A stretch of 64,000 bases of DNA from NCBI GenBank assembly GCA_963808235.1, contig CAWEEQ010000004.1:2112001-2176000 (forward strand), given 5' to 3'. Source of the stretch: an uncultured delta proteobacterium. GTDB taxonomy: Bacteria; Desulfobacterota; Binatia; Binatales; Binataceae. The notes beneath the pieces were generated by a model, which saw only the letters and a program-made list of their open reading frames with translations, did not search any database and had not been told where the DNA came from. The position numbers and the translations under genes were made by a program. This document shows positions 44,135-55,977 of this stretch, piece after piece (position 1 is the stretch's first letter; every line of letters starts with the position of its first letter).

Positions 44135-47100
44135 CGCGCAGGACTACCGAGCCGATCGCCCTGATGCCTTCGGCGGCCGCCGGCGTAGGCGGCCGCAATC
44201 GCGAGCAGCAGAGCGATCAGCGTCCCGATCGAAAGCAACACCGCGAAATGCCTCACGCTGGTTTGTCGCAGCTCAACCGTGACGGCATGCTGGCCGGCGG
44301 GAACGGTGAATGAGATCAAACCGGACCGGGCCGCCGGCGTGACCTCAGTCTCGTGCCCATCTATCAGTACCGTCCAGCCGGGATAGTAGTTGGTTGAATC
44401 CGTGACAGTCGCAGGCGCGGACGCGGTAACCGAATACTCGTGGCGGGTCGAAGTCCGCGACACGGCGCGCGCCGATATCGACGGCGGCGGCGTCACCAAT
44501 CCGTCGGCGGTATAGCCGATCAGCGTCCGCATCCATCGCGGCTGGTATTCGCCGCGGCTGGTGGTCTCGTAGCCGGTCTTCGCGATCAAGGTGGGCGAGA
44601 AGTATTCCTCGTCGAAAGTCTGGTAGCCCTTGGGCTGGGTGTGGTGCAGATTGGCCAGCACCAGAATCGCGATCAGCGCGATGGCCGGCTTGGTGCCGAC
44701 ACGCTCGAAGACATAAAGCGTCAGCAGTGGCATAAAGAGCGCCGGCACAAGAAGCGTACGCCATGGAAACTGCAGGTACTGCAGCGTGGTGACGTGTTGC
44801 CATATAAAGGAGGTCCAGTCGGTGGCGAGCAATGCGCCGGCAAGAGCGGCGCCGGCGAAAACGATCGCATCGAGGCGGCGGGTGCGGTTGAGCGCGCGGA
44901 CTCCGATCAGGACTCCCGCAATCGCAAGCGCGATATGAGGCAGGCCGAGCGAGAACGAAATTCCGTCGTTAGGACCGGCCACCGAGTAGCCGAAGCCCCA
45001 GTGTCCCCAAAACAATTGCCACCACGAGATAATGTGAATGCGCCAATCGAAATAACCGCTGCGCAGGAGTTCGGTCTTTACGAAATCCTTTTCGAAGATG
45101 GCGGGGAGCCAGAAAAATGCGCTGAGGCCAACCCCGCCGGCGAGCGCTGCAAAACCGGACGCGGCGGTGCGAAAAGGGCTCCTCGAGATGGCGGCACGGA
45201 CCACGACGATCGCCGCGAAAATCGGGAACATCAGCAGCGCAACCCCATTGTGCGCGAGCGGTACCAATGCGATCGCAGCCGCGCCGAGCACGACGCTCAG
45301 TATCGTCGGACGCTCCAACACCGCGATCAGTCCAAGCAACGCGAGTGGCGCGACGCAGAGCGCGCTCACTTCGGCCATCCGCACCGACACATACATATCG
45401 AGCGCCTGGTACGGCGCGAACAGCCATGCCGCCGCCGCGCCAATCGAGGCGACCTGCGAAAATGATAATTTTCTTCCGATCAGATAGACGGAGATCGCGC
45501 CGATCGCGAAGAGCATGATGAGGCCGAACTGGAGCGAATCCGCCAGCCCCATCCCACATTTGAAGAACGGCAATGCCGCCGCATAGACCATCGGCGGTGC
45601 GAACTCGAACATCGGCTGCCCGTGTCCGCTGCTGAAATCAGGGGCCCAGAGCGGCGGGAATTGATGGTCGGCGATTACGCGCGCGAACTCGGTCAGACGG
45701 GCGGGATAGGCCAGCGAGTCGTGACCATCGACGAGCACGCCCCGGAAAAGCGATCGCGTGAAGAGAAGGATCAGCAGTCCGAGCGCGATTGCCGTCTTCG
45801 CGCGGTCGGTGGAGAGCCGCTCGCCCAGCAGCGCGAGCTGCTCCCCGAGCCAGCCCTCTCCGCGCTCCCAGTACACGCCGAGCGCAGGCTGTCGCGCGAC
45901 GAGAACGAACATCAGGATTCCGACGAGAAACAGAAATGGCTTCAGCGGACCCGGCTGGTAGCTGACCTCGACCTCATGATGGCCCGCGGTGAGCGGGATT
46001 GCGCCGAAGTCAGGAAGAACCCGGATGAGACGTTCGCGCTTACCGTCGACGGTTGCGACCAGGCTCGGGAAGTAAGTGATCTTGATGAAGGCGTAGCAGG
46101 GACGTTGAACGTCGACGCTCATGTGATAAGTCTCGTCGACTTTCGATTCCGAGAGGATTGTGCCGCGCGGCTTCATAAAATTGAGGTTCGGGTCGGGCAG
46201 CGCCTGCCATCGGCCGATAGCAGGGACGCCGGGGAAGGTTCCCGAATTGACCGCGATGACCTCGCCCGCACGAAGCATCCAGCTCGGCAGCCATCTGGAA
46301 ATTGGCTCGTACCATAGCGAGGGAGGCGCTTCGTAACTGGCGCCGATATCGACCAGGCCGAAGTAACCTTCCGGCGAGACTTCGTAGACCGCGAAGCGGC
46401 CATGCACCGAGCGCTTGCGAAAATACGACGGCACTCTCTGCGTGGCTGGAGCGAGTACCGCGCGAATCGCAAAGAAATCCTCATTGGCGGGATTGTTCTC
46501 GTCGCGGAGCACCATGTAGTCCGAAGTCATCGAAATGGTGTGGTAGAGGTTGGTCGCTTCGTCGAGGCGGTAGCGGGTCAGAAAAGAGTAGACCCGCGCG
46601 TCGCCGATTTTGAAGCTTTCGCCCCAATCCAGCGCCTGTCCGGCTGAGACGCGGCCGGGACGTTGCGCGAGGATTGCCCGGATGTCCGCGATCGCCGCTT
46701 CCAGGTCGCCACGCTCGCGCTCGAACGCGGCGTTGGTTGCCTCGCCCGAGAGCTTGTTGATCTTGAGAAACTCGGCGCGGTCCATCGTGAGGAACAGAAT
46801 TGCTGCGCCGAGCGCCGCGCCCGCCGCGAGCGTGACGAATCGCGGCGCGCGCATCGCCGCATCGAGCACTCGCTCGAGTCCCCACGCCGCCAGTATCATC
46901 GCGAACAGCTCGAAGGCGCCCTGTAGCCGATGCAGGTGGAACAGGCTCGGCACTCCGACCAGCACCAGCAGGTGCCCCCACGTCTCGCGTCCAAAGAACA
47001 GCGCGAGCCATACCGCGGTCAGCGCGAGCAAGCGTCTTGCGAGCACGTCCTTGAGATTAAACACCGCGACCAAAGTCCCGAGCGCCACCATCAGTGACAG

Positions 47101-48033
47101 CACCGGGAAGCGATCGAAATCGAGCAGGCGTCCGGAAAAAAGCTCGCCCAGAATTATTGGCGCGCCGTACGAATCGAACTTGTAGCCGGGATCCCACCTG
47201 CTGTGGTTGACTTCGCCGCCCGCGAGCACCATCGGCACCACGAACCACAGCAGCAGGAGCATCGCCATCCCCGCGATCGACGCCGCGCGCGCGATGCGTT
47301 GCGAGCGGCCCTCGCGCGGGCTTACCAGCGCCCAGACTGCCGTCGATACGAACGCGATGTAGCCGAAAAATATGTGCGAGAGTGCGGTTAGCGCCAGACC
47401 GAGCGCGGCGCTTGCCCGCCGCTTGCCGGAGTCGATCGCATAGGCGACCAGGCCGAGCGCCGGAATCATCACCTCGATCGCAAACAGTTCCGTGTAGAGG
47501 CCTGAGCCGCGCCACACATAGGAGCCGTAGCTAAGTCCGTAGCGTCCGAAGTCCCCGCCCTCGTTCGGCGCCAGGACCAGGATCGAGGCGAGGCCCGCGG
47601 CAAGTGGGTTGAGCCCTAAAAGGCGCGCGCCCAGATAAACGCTCAGGGGGAGTAACACCAACAACACGTAATAGAAGGCGGCGAAACTCGAGGCCGGCGC
47701 GGCGAACGGGCGCGAAACCGCGATCACTCCGCCGGCGACCAGGTGTGGCAGTGGCTGATAAATCCGCCATAGCGGAAACCCCAGTGACCACTGCGAGACC
47801 CACGGATCCATGAACGGCTCGCCATCCACAATGCTGTCGGCAAGCCGCTGCGAGGCACCGATGTGAAACGGCAGATCGTTTACCGGCACGCGCTCGATTC
47901 GCGTCTCGGGGAAAAGCATCACCGCGTTGAAAAGAAGCGCCAGCGCCAGCATCACCAGGCCGGCGATCTCGGGATACGGCCGGCGCGATGTCTCCATAGC
48001 CGCGAGCGCCGGTTCAGATGTGGGACTCGTCAT
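44128..48033 (-). CDS. Large YfhO/PTPS-related GT-C-like membrane protein with two tandem modules
   Basis: Two halves, each with an acidic first loop (ND..FH, HD..AY), W....S.G.P and a C-terminal YF/YYP.W/L...DG...GxH.V motif. Confidence 0.75.
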   Translation of the reverse strand: MTSPTSEPALAAMETSRRPYPEIAGLVMLALALLFNAVMLFPETRIERVPVNDLPFHIGASQRLADSIVDGEPFMDPWVSQWSLGFPLWRIYQPLPHLVAGGVIAVSRPFAAPASSFAAFYYVLLVLLPLSVYLGARLLGLNPLAAGLASILVLAPNEGGDFGRYGLSYGSYVWRGSGLYTELFAIEVMIPALGLVAYAIDSGKRRASAALGLALTALSHIFFGYIAFVSTAVWALVSPREGRSQRIARAASIAGMAMLLLLWFVVPMVLAGGEVNHSRWDPGYKFDSYGAPIILGELFSGRLLDFDRFPVLSLMVALGTLVAVFNLKDVLARRLLALTAVWLALFFGRETWGHLLVLVGVPSLFHLHRLQGAFELFAMILAAWGLERVLDAAMRAPRFVTLAAGAALGAAILFLTMDRAEFLKINKLSGEATNAAFERERGDLEAAIADIRAILAQRPGRVSAGQALDWGESFKIGDARVYSFLTRYRLDEATNLYHTISMTSDYMVLRDENNPANEDFFAIRAVLAPATQRVPSYFRKRSVHGRFAVYEVSPEGYFGLVDIGASYEAPPSLWYEPISRWLPSWMLRAGEVIAVNSGTFPGVPAIGRWQALPDPNLNFMKPRGTILSESKVDETYHMSVDVQRPCYAFIKITYFPSLVATVDGKRERLIRVLPDFGAIPLTAGHHEVEVSYQPGPLKPFLFLVGILMFVLVARQPALGVYWERGEGWLGEQLALLGERLSTDRAKTAIALGLLILLFTRSLFRGVLVDGHDSLAYPARLTEFARVIADHQFPPLWAPDFSSGHGQPMFEFAPPMVYAAALPFFKCGMGLADSLQFGLIMLFAIGAISVYLIGRKLSFSQVASIGAAAAWLFAPYQALDMYVSVRMAEVSALCVAPLALLGLIAVLERPTILSVVLGAAAIALVPLAHNGVALLMFPIFAAIVVVRAAISRSPFRTAASGFAALAGGVGLSAFFWLPAIFEKDFVKTELLRSGYFDWRIHIISWWQLFWGHWGFGYSVAGPNDGISFSLGLPHIALAIAGVLIGVRALNRTRRLDAIVFAGAALAGALLATDWTSFIWQHVTTLQYLQFPWRTLLVPALFMPLLTLYVFERVGTKPAIALIAILVLANLHHTQPKGYQTFDEEYFSPTLIAKTGYETTSRGEYQPRWMRTLIGYTADGLVTPPPSISARAVSRTSTRHEYSVTASAPATVTDSTNYYPGWTVLIDGHETEVTPAARSGLISFTVPAGQHAVTVELRQTSVRHFAVLLSIGTLIALLLAIAAAYAGGRRRHQGDRLGSPARQ

Positions 48034-48166
48034 GATTCGTGGAAGATTACTCTACCGAAAAATCAGATCAGATTCGCATAGGGGACTTGTCACTTTATCC
48101 AGATGCGCCAACGCCGGCCCCGCGATGGGGCCGGCGTTGCCGGTTAGGTTCGGTTGTGTTGCGCTG

Positions 48167-51100
48167 CTAGGGCAGATCTGCCGACGCAGGACCGTTGACC
48201 GGCAGCACACTGGCATTGCTGCCGGGGCCGACGGTCCAGGTCGGGTTCGGGCTGGCGCTGGGATCGAACAACTCCGAGTAGTCGCTCGGCGCAGCCGCAT
48301 CGCATGCCGACGAATTGCTCGACCCGACTACGAACGAGGTCAAGTGTCCGTTGGCGCACTCGCCGCCCATGACGATGAAGTCGCCACTGTTGGAACCCAC
48401 TCCGACGAAGCCCGCGCCCATACCGCCGCGGTTCTGGTTCATCGACGTAGTGGCGCTGATCGTGCCCTCCGTTCCGCTGCTCGGGTCAAAGATGTCGACC
48501 AGGGCAGTCGTGGTCTGCTTGAGGCTCGAGACTATCGTGCACGTGCAGCCAGCTGCATTCGTAGGGCTGCATGTCGCTCCGAACGTCCCGGCTTCGATAT
48601 CGATGCCGCCGACTATCATTGCTTTGCCCGACAGTGGTCCCGAAGGCCAAAGGACCGTGCCATGACCGGCGCGCCTGAAGCGCATCGTATTGGCTGAGGC
48701 GGTTCCACCCGTCCCGGTGAACAAGCTCCCCGTCGGGTCGGCGTAGGTAAACGAGGTGGTGGGCGTAATGCCGGTTACGATGAAGCCGCCGTTGAATCCC
48801 GCCTTGCTTGCGCCGGCAATTGTAACGCCGCCGCCGACGACCAAGCCGACCGGATTCGCTGCGCTGGTAACTGTTACGGTGTTACCGCTCTCAGATAGAG
48901 ACGTAATCGCACTTGGGGCGTCCGAAACCGTCGTCCAGGTGCCCGTGCCCGGATTGTACAGCTCTGCGGTGCTTTGCGTCGTCGCGACCACGTTGCCGGT
49001 CGGATTGCAAACGATCGACGCCCCATAGACGCCGCCGGTGGCCAGCACCTGTCCGGCCAGGGGACCGCTCACCGACGCGGGATCAAGCGCCGTCAACTGG
49101 AACAACTCACGATTAGCGGTCATGCTGCCGGTCGCCGTGAACATCTGCGTCGAGGGGTCGAAGATGAACGCCTGGGTTGAGGCCGCCGCCAGGAAGGTGA
49201 AGTTGTCACCGCCGGCAACCAGCACTTTGCCTCCGTCGTTGGGGATCAGCGCTGCCTCATGGTCTTCGAGACCGCACTCGACGGTGTTCGCCGCCGCGGT
49301 TCCAAATGCGGTTCCAGCCCCCAATCCGGACGTTGCGTCGGTGTAAGTAAACGTGTTGCCGCTGATGCCGGTCACAATGAAGGTCCCGTTGTATCCGGTC
49401 GGAGTTACCTGCGAAATTGTAACGTTGTCACCCATGATCAGGTTAGGCGTAGGCGACGAGGTAGTGATCGTTACAGTTGTGCTGCTTTCAGACGCAGCCG
49501 TAATCGGTGTGGTAACTCCTCCCGTGCAGATCGAAGGAATTGCGGTGGCGCATACCGTTCCCGCCGGGCATCCCGGAACCGAGTTGGTGGCGGCGAAGCT
49601 GTCGCCCGTCGGGTCATAGATCTCCGCCGAGTTGAGCGCGACCTGCCCCGGGGGCGACCCTGCCGGCGGATTGGTCGCGGTCGAGAGGAACGAGGAACCC
49701 GAAGCGCCACCCAGGATCAGTACCTTGCCGTCCAGTGAGGTCCCCGACCCGGTTATCAAGGTCGCGGTCGGGAAGTTGCGCGCAACGGTCATCAAGCCGC
49801 TGCTGCCCGTGCCGGCTATGGCAAACGTCTTGGTGGCCGGGTTGTACAACTCTGCTGTTTGCAGCGCGTCGCACTGGAAACCGGTAGTCGTGCCATAGGT
49901 CTGCGAGTAGCAGTGCGAACCGCCAATCACCAGTACCTTGCCGTTGGGCAGCACCACATCGACGGAGCTTTCGCGATCGTGATTGAGCTGTCCGGTGGTC
50001 TCGGTCATCAGATTGGTGGTGCCGTCGAAGAACTGCGCGCCATTAGTCGAATTGCCGAAGCTCGCCAGCGAGACCAATCCGCCGAGCAGATTGGCGGCGT
50101 CTCCGCCGGAGATCAGTACGTCACCCGCCTGCGGTCCCGGCGTGCCGGTCGAGGTTGGGGTTGGAGAAGTAGTCGAGGTTGAAGTCGAAGTCGCGGTCGC
50201 AGTGGCGGTGGCGGTCCGTGTCGCCGTCGCGGTGGCAGTGGCAGTCGCGGTCGCGGTGGCCGTAGTGGTTGCGGTGGCGGTGTTAGTAGCCGTCGCAGTC
50301 GGCGTCGCGCTGCCAGTCGAGGTCGCGGTCGCCGTATTAGTCGCAGTCGCGGTGGCCGTCGCGGTCCGTGTCGCGGTCGCGGTGTTAGTCGCGGTCGCGG
50401 TGTTAGTGGCCGTCGCGTCGGCGTCGCGCTGCCAGTCGAGGTCGAAGTCGCGGTCGCCGTATTGGTCGCAGTCGCGGTCGCGGTCCGCGTCGCGGTTGCA
50501 GTGTTGGTAGCCGTTGCAGTTGCGGTCGGGCTGCCACTCGAAGTCGAGGTCGAAGTCGCAGTCGCGGTGTTGGTGGCCGTCGCGGTCGCAGTATTGGTCG
50601 CCGTCGCAGTCTGCGTCGCGGTGGCGGTCGGCGTTGCGCTGCCGGTTGAGGTCGAGGTCGCGGTCGCCGTGTTGGTGGCGGTCGCGGTTGCAGTATTGGT
50701 CGCCGTCGCAGTCTGCGTCGCGGTGGCGGTCGGCGTTGCGCTGCCGGTTGAGGTCGAGGTCGCAGTCGCCGTGTTGGTCGCCGTTGCAGTTGCAGTATTG
50801 GTTGCAGTCGCGGTCTGCGTCGCGGTTCGAGTTGCAGTATTGGTTGCGGTCGCAGTCGACGTTGGAGTTGCAGTCGCCGTATTGGTTGCCGTGGCGGTGT
50901 TGGTCGCCGTGGCGGTGTTGGTCGCGGTGGCAGTTGCAGTCGAGGTCGCGGTCGAGGTTGCAGTCGGAGTCGCAGTCGGGGTCGGGCTGCTCTGAGTCAC
51001 TCCGGTTCCGACCAGCATGATGAACTTTTTTTTCGGAGTCGCATCGGAGGTGATCACCAGGCCCTTCGCGTCTTTGACCTTGCCGGTGGTGGTCGGATCG

Positions 51101-51437
51101 AACCCGACGTGGATTGTGCACGCGTCGCCGGGCGTGAGGGTGCCGACGCAGTCGTTGATTCGACGAAGGGCGGCTTGGCAACCACGCTCGAGATCGTAAT
51201 CGTCTTGCTGGTGGACTTATTGGTGACGTCGACATCCTGGGTTGGACTGTCGGTGCCGACGAAGACACTTCCGAACTGGAGCTTGTTGACGCCGCCGTAG
51301 CTGAGCTTGGCGCTGGCATCGAATAGCTCGGAAGCATCGCTGGATTGCGCCAGTGCCGGTCGCGCGAGCGCGGCGAGCACAAACATCATTGAGAAACTGA
51401 TCGCGACGACTGATCGCGTGAACGACTTGCAACGCAT
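48167..51437 (-). CDS. Large secreted surface protein: Ig/ASH-like domain, Thr/Ala mucin-like linker, Kelch-type propeller; two frameshifts
   Basis: Signal peptide in 51054-51437, (TATATN)n in 50113-51057, GKVLVIGG/AELYNP/AEIYDP Kelch motifs in 48167-50420. Confidence 0.8.
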
Positions 51438-52078
51438 CGAACTCCTCCTAAGCCACGAACATCAAACTCTGCCCTGCGCTTGCGATTCGTGCGTTGAATC
51501 GCGTCTGATCGCCCCACCCGTTCTCGATCTACTTAAAGTAGGATCGTCACCGCACGCCCCATCGCATCGCAAGGCCGGATTCAGAACGAGCGAAGTTAGT
51601 CTGTGAGGTGCAAGATTGTCAAACGAAGCTGCTCATTTATGACGACTAAAGAGTGCAATATCGGGCTTCTGGAGGCCTAAATCAGCCCCTTCGAAGTCAG
51701 GAGTTACCAAAATATGCGTCGAGAAAATGTTATTTCACAAAAACTGACGCTATTTTTCCAAATCGTGATGAACGTTTTTCATGCAATGCGATTAGAGTGG
51801 CGCTCCACAGTACGGCATGGATTGTGGTCCAGAGGTGCTCGACAACCGCGTGCGACTTGGACTCGGGCGCACAGCAGACGATGCGCAGAAGGGATATTTC
51901 GGTGTCACGCGGCACGAGTCCGCGGGCGTCGTGAGAAAGGAGGTTTGAAAGTCTCCGCTGAAGCCCGAGCCGATTTCAGGGCGGACGCATTTTTTGAAGC
52001 AGTCGGTTTGGGGAATCGATTCGACCGAGAATTTTGGGGATCAAGGTTTCTAACTCAGTAAATGTTTCGGGAGGATGT

Positions 52079-53819
52079 ATGAAAAGGATACTGCTCAGTT
52101 TAATGTTAGTGGGAGGCCTCATGATGGCAGCCCCCAATGCGCACGCTGTGCTTGCGGCAAGCTGCGGTTTGCTGGCCGGGAATAGCTACGCGATAAGCCT
52201 CAACGGCGCGGAGTACCAGGATGGCACGGCTAATATACCGAATCCGACCCCGGTAGCAGGCACCGGTGTCATCCAGGTTTCGGGTGGCTGCGCTATCAGC
52301 GGCGAGTTGATCTACGACGACAACGACTCACTCACTGGACCGGCGAGCTGTTCGCCGGGCGGACATGGATTGTCGTGGGTTCCTCAAGGTGGGGCCACTA
52401 CCACACAGCCGTTCGCTTTCCCGGAGACCGGATCGGTTCCGTGTTTCAATGGCACCACCGCCCAGTTGAGCGGCACCGTGGCCACCAATTCGGCGAACCA
52501 GGGGACGATGTCTATCACCGATTCCGTCAGCGGACTAACCTTCAACTTCTCGATAGTGCTCGGACCCAAGGCTGGTACGCCGTCTGCAACCACGAGCTTC
52601 GGCGGAAACCAGGTACCGGGAGACGTGGCAGAAACAAACGGGCCGCCACCGACTCCGGCGATTATCGAGATCATTGGCCAGAAGCAGGGAACCGCCTCAA
52701 CCACGGGCATTCAGAACACCACCTACGGCGCATCTCCGTGGAAGGGTGAGAGCTTTGCGGCGGGAACCGGAATCAGCACTGCTGATTCGACCACCGGCCC
52801 GGGCAGCATGTCGGCAACCACCAATGCACTCCTCACCAATGCTGACACTACGGCGGCTGGAACCGCCACTTTCGACGCCAACAACGGTTGGCTGTGGGTG
52901 TTCTCGGCGGCTCTGCCGGGACTCAACTGCCATTTCGACCTTGGAAGGGACAACACCGGTTCGGGACCCTTCGCGGACGGAACGATCAACATATCGGCGG
53001 TTATTCACGAGCCGTTCACTGGTGCATGCGGGTATGCCAACGTCGCTGGAGCGTTCGCGGTTAGCGCGGCGATCTACGGCACAAGCAATACCAGCAATTT
53101 CAATATGTTTACGGGCACCAGCTCGGCGCTCACGACTCCGGGTTTGTACAGCGTACCGAATGGCGCAAGCTCTGGTCCGTCCAATCCGACGACGGCCGGC
53201 ACAATTTCCGCTCCAGTGGGCGCTATACATGTAGCGGCAGCCGGCAACTTCCCGCTGACTTACACCAATACTTCACCCGAGGACTGCATAGTCGTAGCCC
53301 ATCTGATCCCTGCTACCGGCAGCAACTTCGCTTCAGTTTGCGGTCTCGGCCAGGCGCCAGCCGCGACGAACGATCAGCCGCTACTGGAAGTGCCGGTATG
53401 GTGTCCGGCCGATGCGGATAGTTCACAGTGCACAGGCCTTCATACCCCAGCCACATGCTGCAGCGGGGCAGGCACTGGAAATTGCGGTGATACGTTCTGC
53501 ACCGCCCCCGCGACCCCGTTCGCGTGCTGCACTGGGTTGACCACGGGAACCTGTCCGGGTAGCCCTCCGGCAGCGCTGGGCGGCTCCTGCACCACAGCAC
53601 CTGGACAATTTACTTATCTCGACGCGTCCAACGCGGTTGGTACGGTTCCGGCCTACGATGTGAATCCTGGTTATCAGGACAGCCCTGCGGCTATGATCTA
53701 TCTGACCTGCGGCGCAGCGCCCTCGAAGACCGGAAACAAGATCGCGATTACGCTCGCCGAACTGCCCCAAGCTCGGCACGATCGCGTTGCCTAAGAACAT
53801 CCTCGTGGACACTCCGTAG
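52079..53819 (+). CDS. Secreted Gly/Thr/Cys-rich surface protein; +1 frameshift near 53752
   Basis: GGAGG RBS, signal MKRILLSLMLVGGLMMAAPNAHA; corrected end ITSPNCPKLGTIALPKNILVDTP*. Confidence 0.75.
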
Positions 53820-53845
53820 TCTTCACGCGGTAACTCAGTAACCAG

Positions 53846-53873
53846 ACGGCGGGCTCGCAAGAGCCCGCCGTTT
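53846..53873 (+). terminator. Probable intrinsic terminator hairpin
   Basis: ACGGCGGGCTC-GCAA-GAGCCCGCCGT followed by a short T run. Confidence 0.65.
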
Positions 53874-53900
53874 GCAATTCCAGCGGCGCGCAGCCGAACA

Positions 53901-54320
53901 GTGGTTATGAAAAGCTACGTCCGGAAAGAGACGATACGGTTGTACGGCGGTCCGGTGCTCGCGGCGCTCTCGCTTGCCATGCTCGGGATGACGGGATGCG
54001 CGAATCTCCGGCAGCCGGCGCCGGAGGTTGTGCAGGCTACGGTGCTTCCGTCGGTGCTGGTGGTCACGATCTATCATCCCGATACGCGAGTCATGTACGT
54101 GTGGGGCGGAGATCCGCGTCCGACCGCGAAGCTGGCGATGACTTGCCTTCAGATCCAACTGAGCGCAGACCCGAGCGTCGCTCCCACCAGGCAGGTTTGC
54201 CCGGGTACCACGCCCGGCCCGGATTTCAGCAAGATGGCGAGCGAACTCCTTAAGGTGCCGGTTCCCAATGTTCCTGCCAACCCTCCCGGCAGTCCGGCCA
54301 GCGCTCCCGTTAAAAAATAG
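53901..54320 (+). CDS. Putative lipoprotein
   Basis: Hydrophobic stretch followed by a lipobox-like MTGC. Confidence 0.55.
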   Translation: MVMKSYVRKETIRLYGGPVLAALSLAMLGMTGCANLRQPAPEVVQATVLPSVLVVTIYHPDTRVMYVWGGDPRPTAKLAMTCLQIQLSADPSVAPTRQVCPGTTPGPDFSKMASELLKVPVPNVPANPPGSPASAPVKK

Positions 54321-54385
54321 GTAGCGGGATCAGCGAACAGACTTCAGAGCGGCGATGGTGGAACCTTGAACCGCGCGAGGCTGCG

Positions 54386-55922
54386 ATGCTCGCGGGAATC
54401 ATCGTTGCGACGGTCGCGATCTACATGCCGAGCCTGCGCAACGGCTGGGTGTGGGACGATTGGATCGAATTTGTAGATAACCGGCTGATTCATAGTTGGT
54501 CGTTCGTCTGGAAGTCGTTCATCTACGATAGCTGGTGGTTCCAGAGTCCGCGGCATCTTCCGCAAAGCGCCTACTATCGGCCGCTCGAGAACGCATGGTT
54601 CGCGGCGAATGCGGCGATATTCGGGGCGCATCCCGCGGGATGGCATCTGGCGAAAATCGCATTGCACATAGTCGCGGTGGTTCTCAGCTTCCGGGTCGCG
54701 CAATTGCTCAGCGGCCGGGTCGCGGTAGGGTTGCTGAGCCGCGGCGATTTTTGCGGTCATGCCGGCCAACGTCGAAGCGGTGGTGTGGGCGAGTGCGATT
54801 CCAGAGCCTCTGTCGACAGTGTTCGAGTTGGGCGCGCTGCTCTTCCTGATCGGTCGAAAGCCCGGCTGGTCGCGGGGATTGTTCATCTCGGCAATCTTGT
54901 ATGGGTTCGCGACATTGACCCATGAGAGCGCGATCCTGTTTCCGCTGATCGTCGCCGCATACGTATTTCTGTTCCAAGGCGGTAAAGAGACGACAGCGCG
55001 CATCGTCGCGGCGTTGCGCGTCTGTGCGCCGTTCGCGATCGTCACGATCGCTTACATGTGCGCGCGGCTGAATGCGCTCGGGCTCAAGACCCTGTTCGGC
55101 GTTCATTACAACATCACAGACATGATGATCCGTGCCGGCTATGTAGGCAGACCTCATCACAGTCTCGCTGAGATCCTGATGACTCTGCCAGCGGTGATGA
55201 TCACTTATCTTGCCGTGCTGGCGCTTCCGGCGATGGCCGATGCGACTCATGCGATCGAGTGGATCACGCATCCGGAACCGCTCGTATTCATCTCCGCGGG
55301 CGGATTCGCGCTCCTTTCGGCTGCGGCGTTCGTGCTGGCGTGGCGCAGTTCCAATCGGCGCATCTATTTGTTTTGCGCGGCCTGGGGCATTTTCACGATG
55401 GCGCCTGCGCTCAATCTCAACGGTCTATGGTGGCCGGCCGAAGACCGCTTTCTCTACGCACCGTCATTCGGATGGAGTCTCGCGGTCGCGCTTGCCGTCG
55501 TAGAGATCGCCGCCAGCGGTGCGCGAGCACGCAAGTTCGTCGGCGCGGCGACGGCATTGCTGTTGGCGGCATACGCGCTATCGACAATTCAGACCGAGCA
55601 CTATTGGCACGACGACGTAACGTTCTTCCATCGATGCGCGCAAATTGCGCCGCACGATCCTAACATTCACATCTGGCTGGCCGCCGCGATGAAGAAGGCG
55701 GGCGACCCCGACGGAGCTGTGCAAGAGCTCGAGCGTGGGGCGAGTCTGAATCCGGACAACGCACTTATCCACCTCAAGCTGGCGGAGCAGTGTGTGATGA
55801 TGGGAAGAGACCTGGAGTCTCAGCGGGAGTTCAAGAAGTTCCATGAACTTTCCGCGGCAATGATCGAAGCGCGGCACGCCGCATCGAGTTCGAGCGCATC
55901 GCAACCCGCCGCTGCACCTTAA
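54386..55922 (+). CDS. TMTC-like membrane glycosyltransferase with C-terminal TPR; +1 frameshift near 54740
   Basis: NGWVWDD, YYRPL, P.NVEAVVW, HESA, EDRFLYAPS, WHDD..F followed by TPRs. Confidence 0.8.
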
Positions 55923-55977
55923 GCACGCGATTGATTAGCGGCTGCGCGCGAACTATGTTCATCGCAACTGAAACAAT

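Noticed and set aside
50420-51382. His/Cys/Asp-rich metal-binding repeat (DCDRDQHR…) at the N-terminus of the 1071-aa ORF, and poly-VAVA ORFs on the plus strand
   Set aside because: These are out-of-frame and antisense readings of the Thr/Ala linker.
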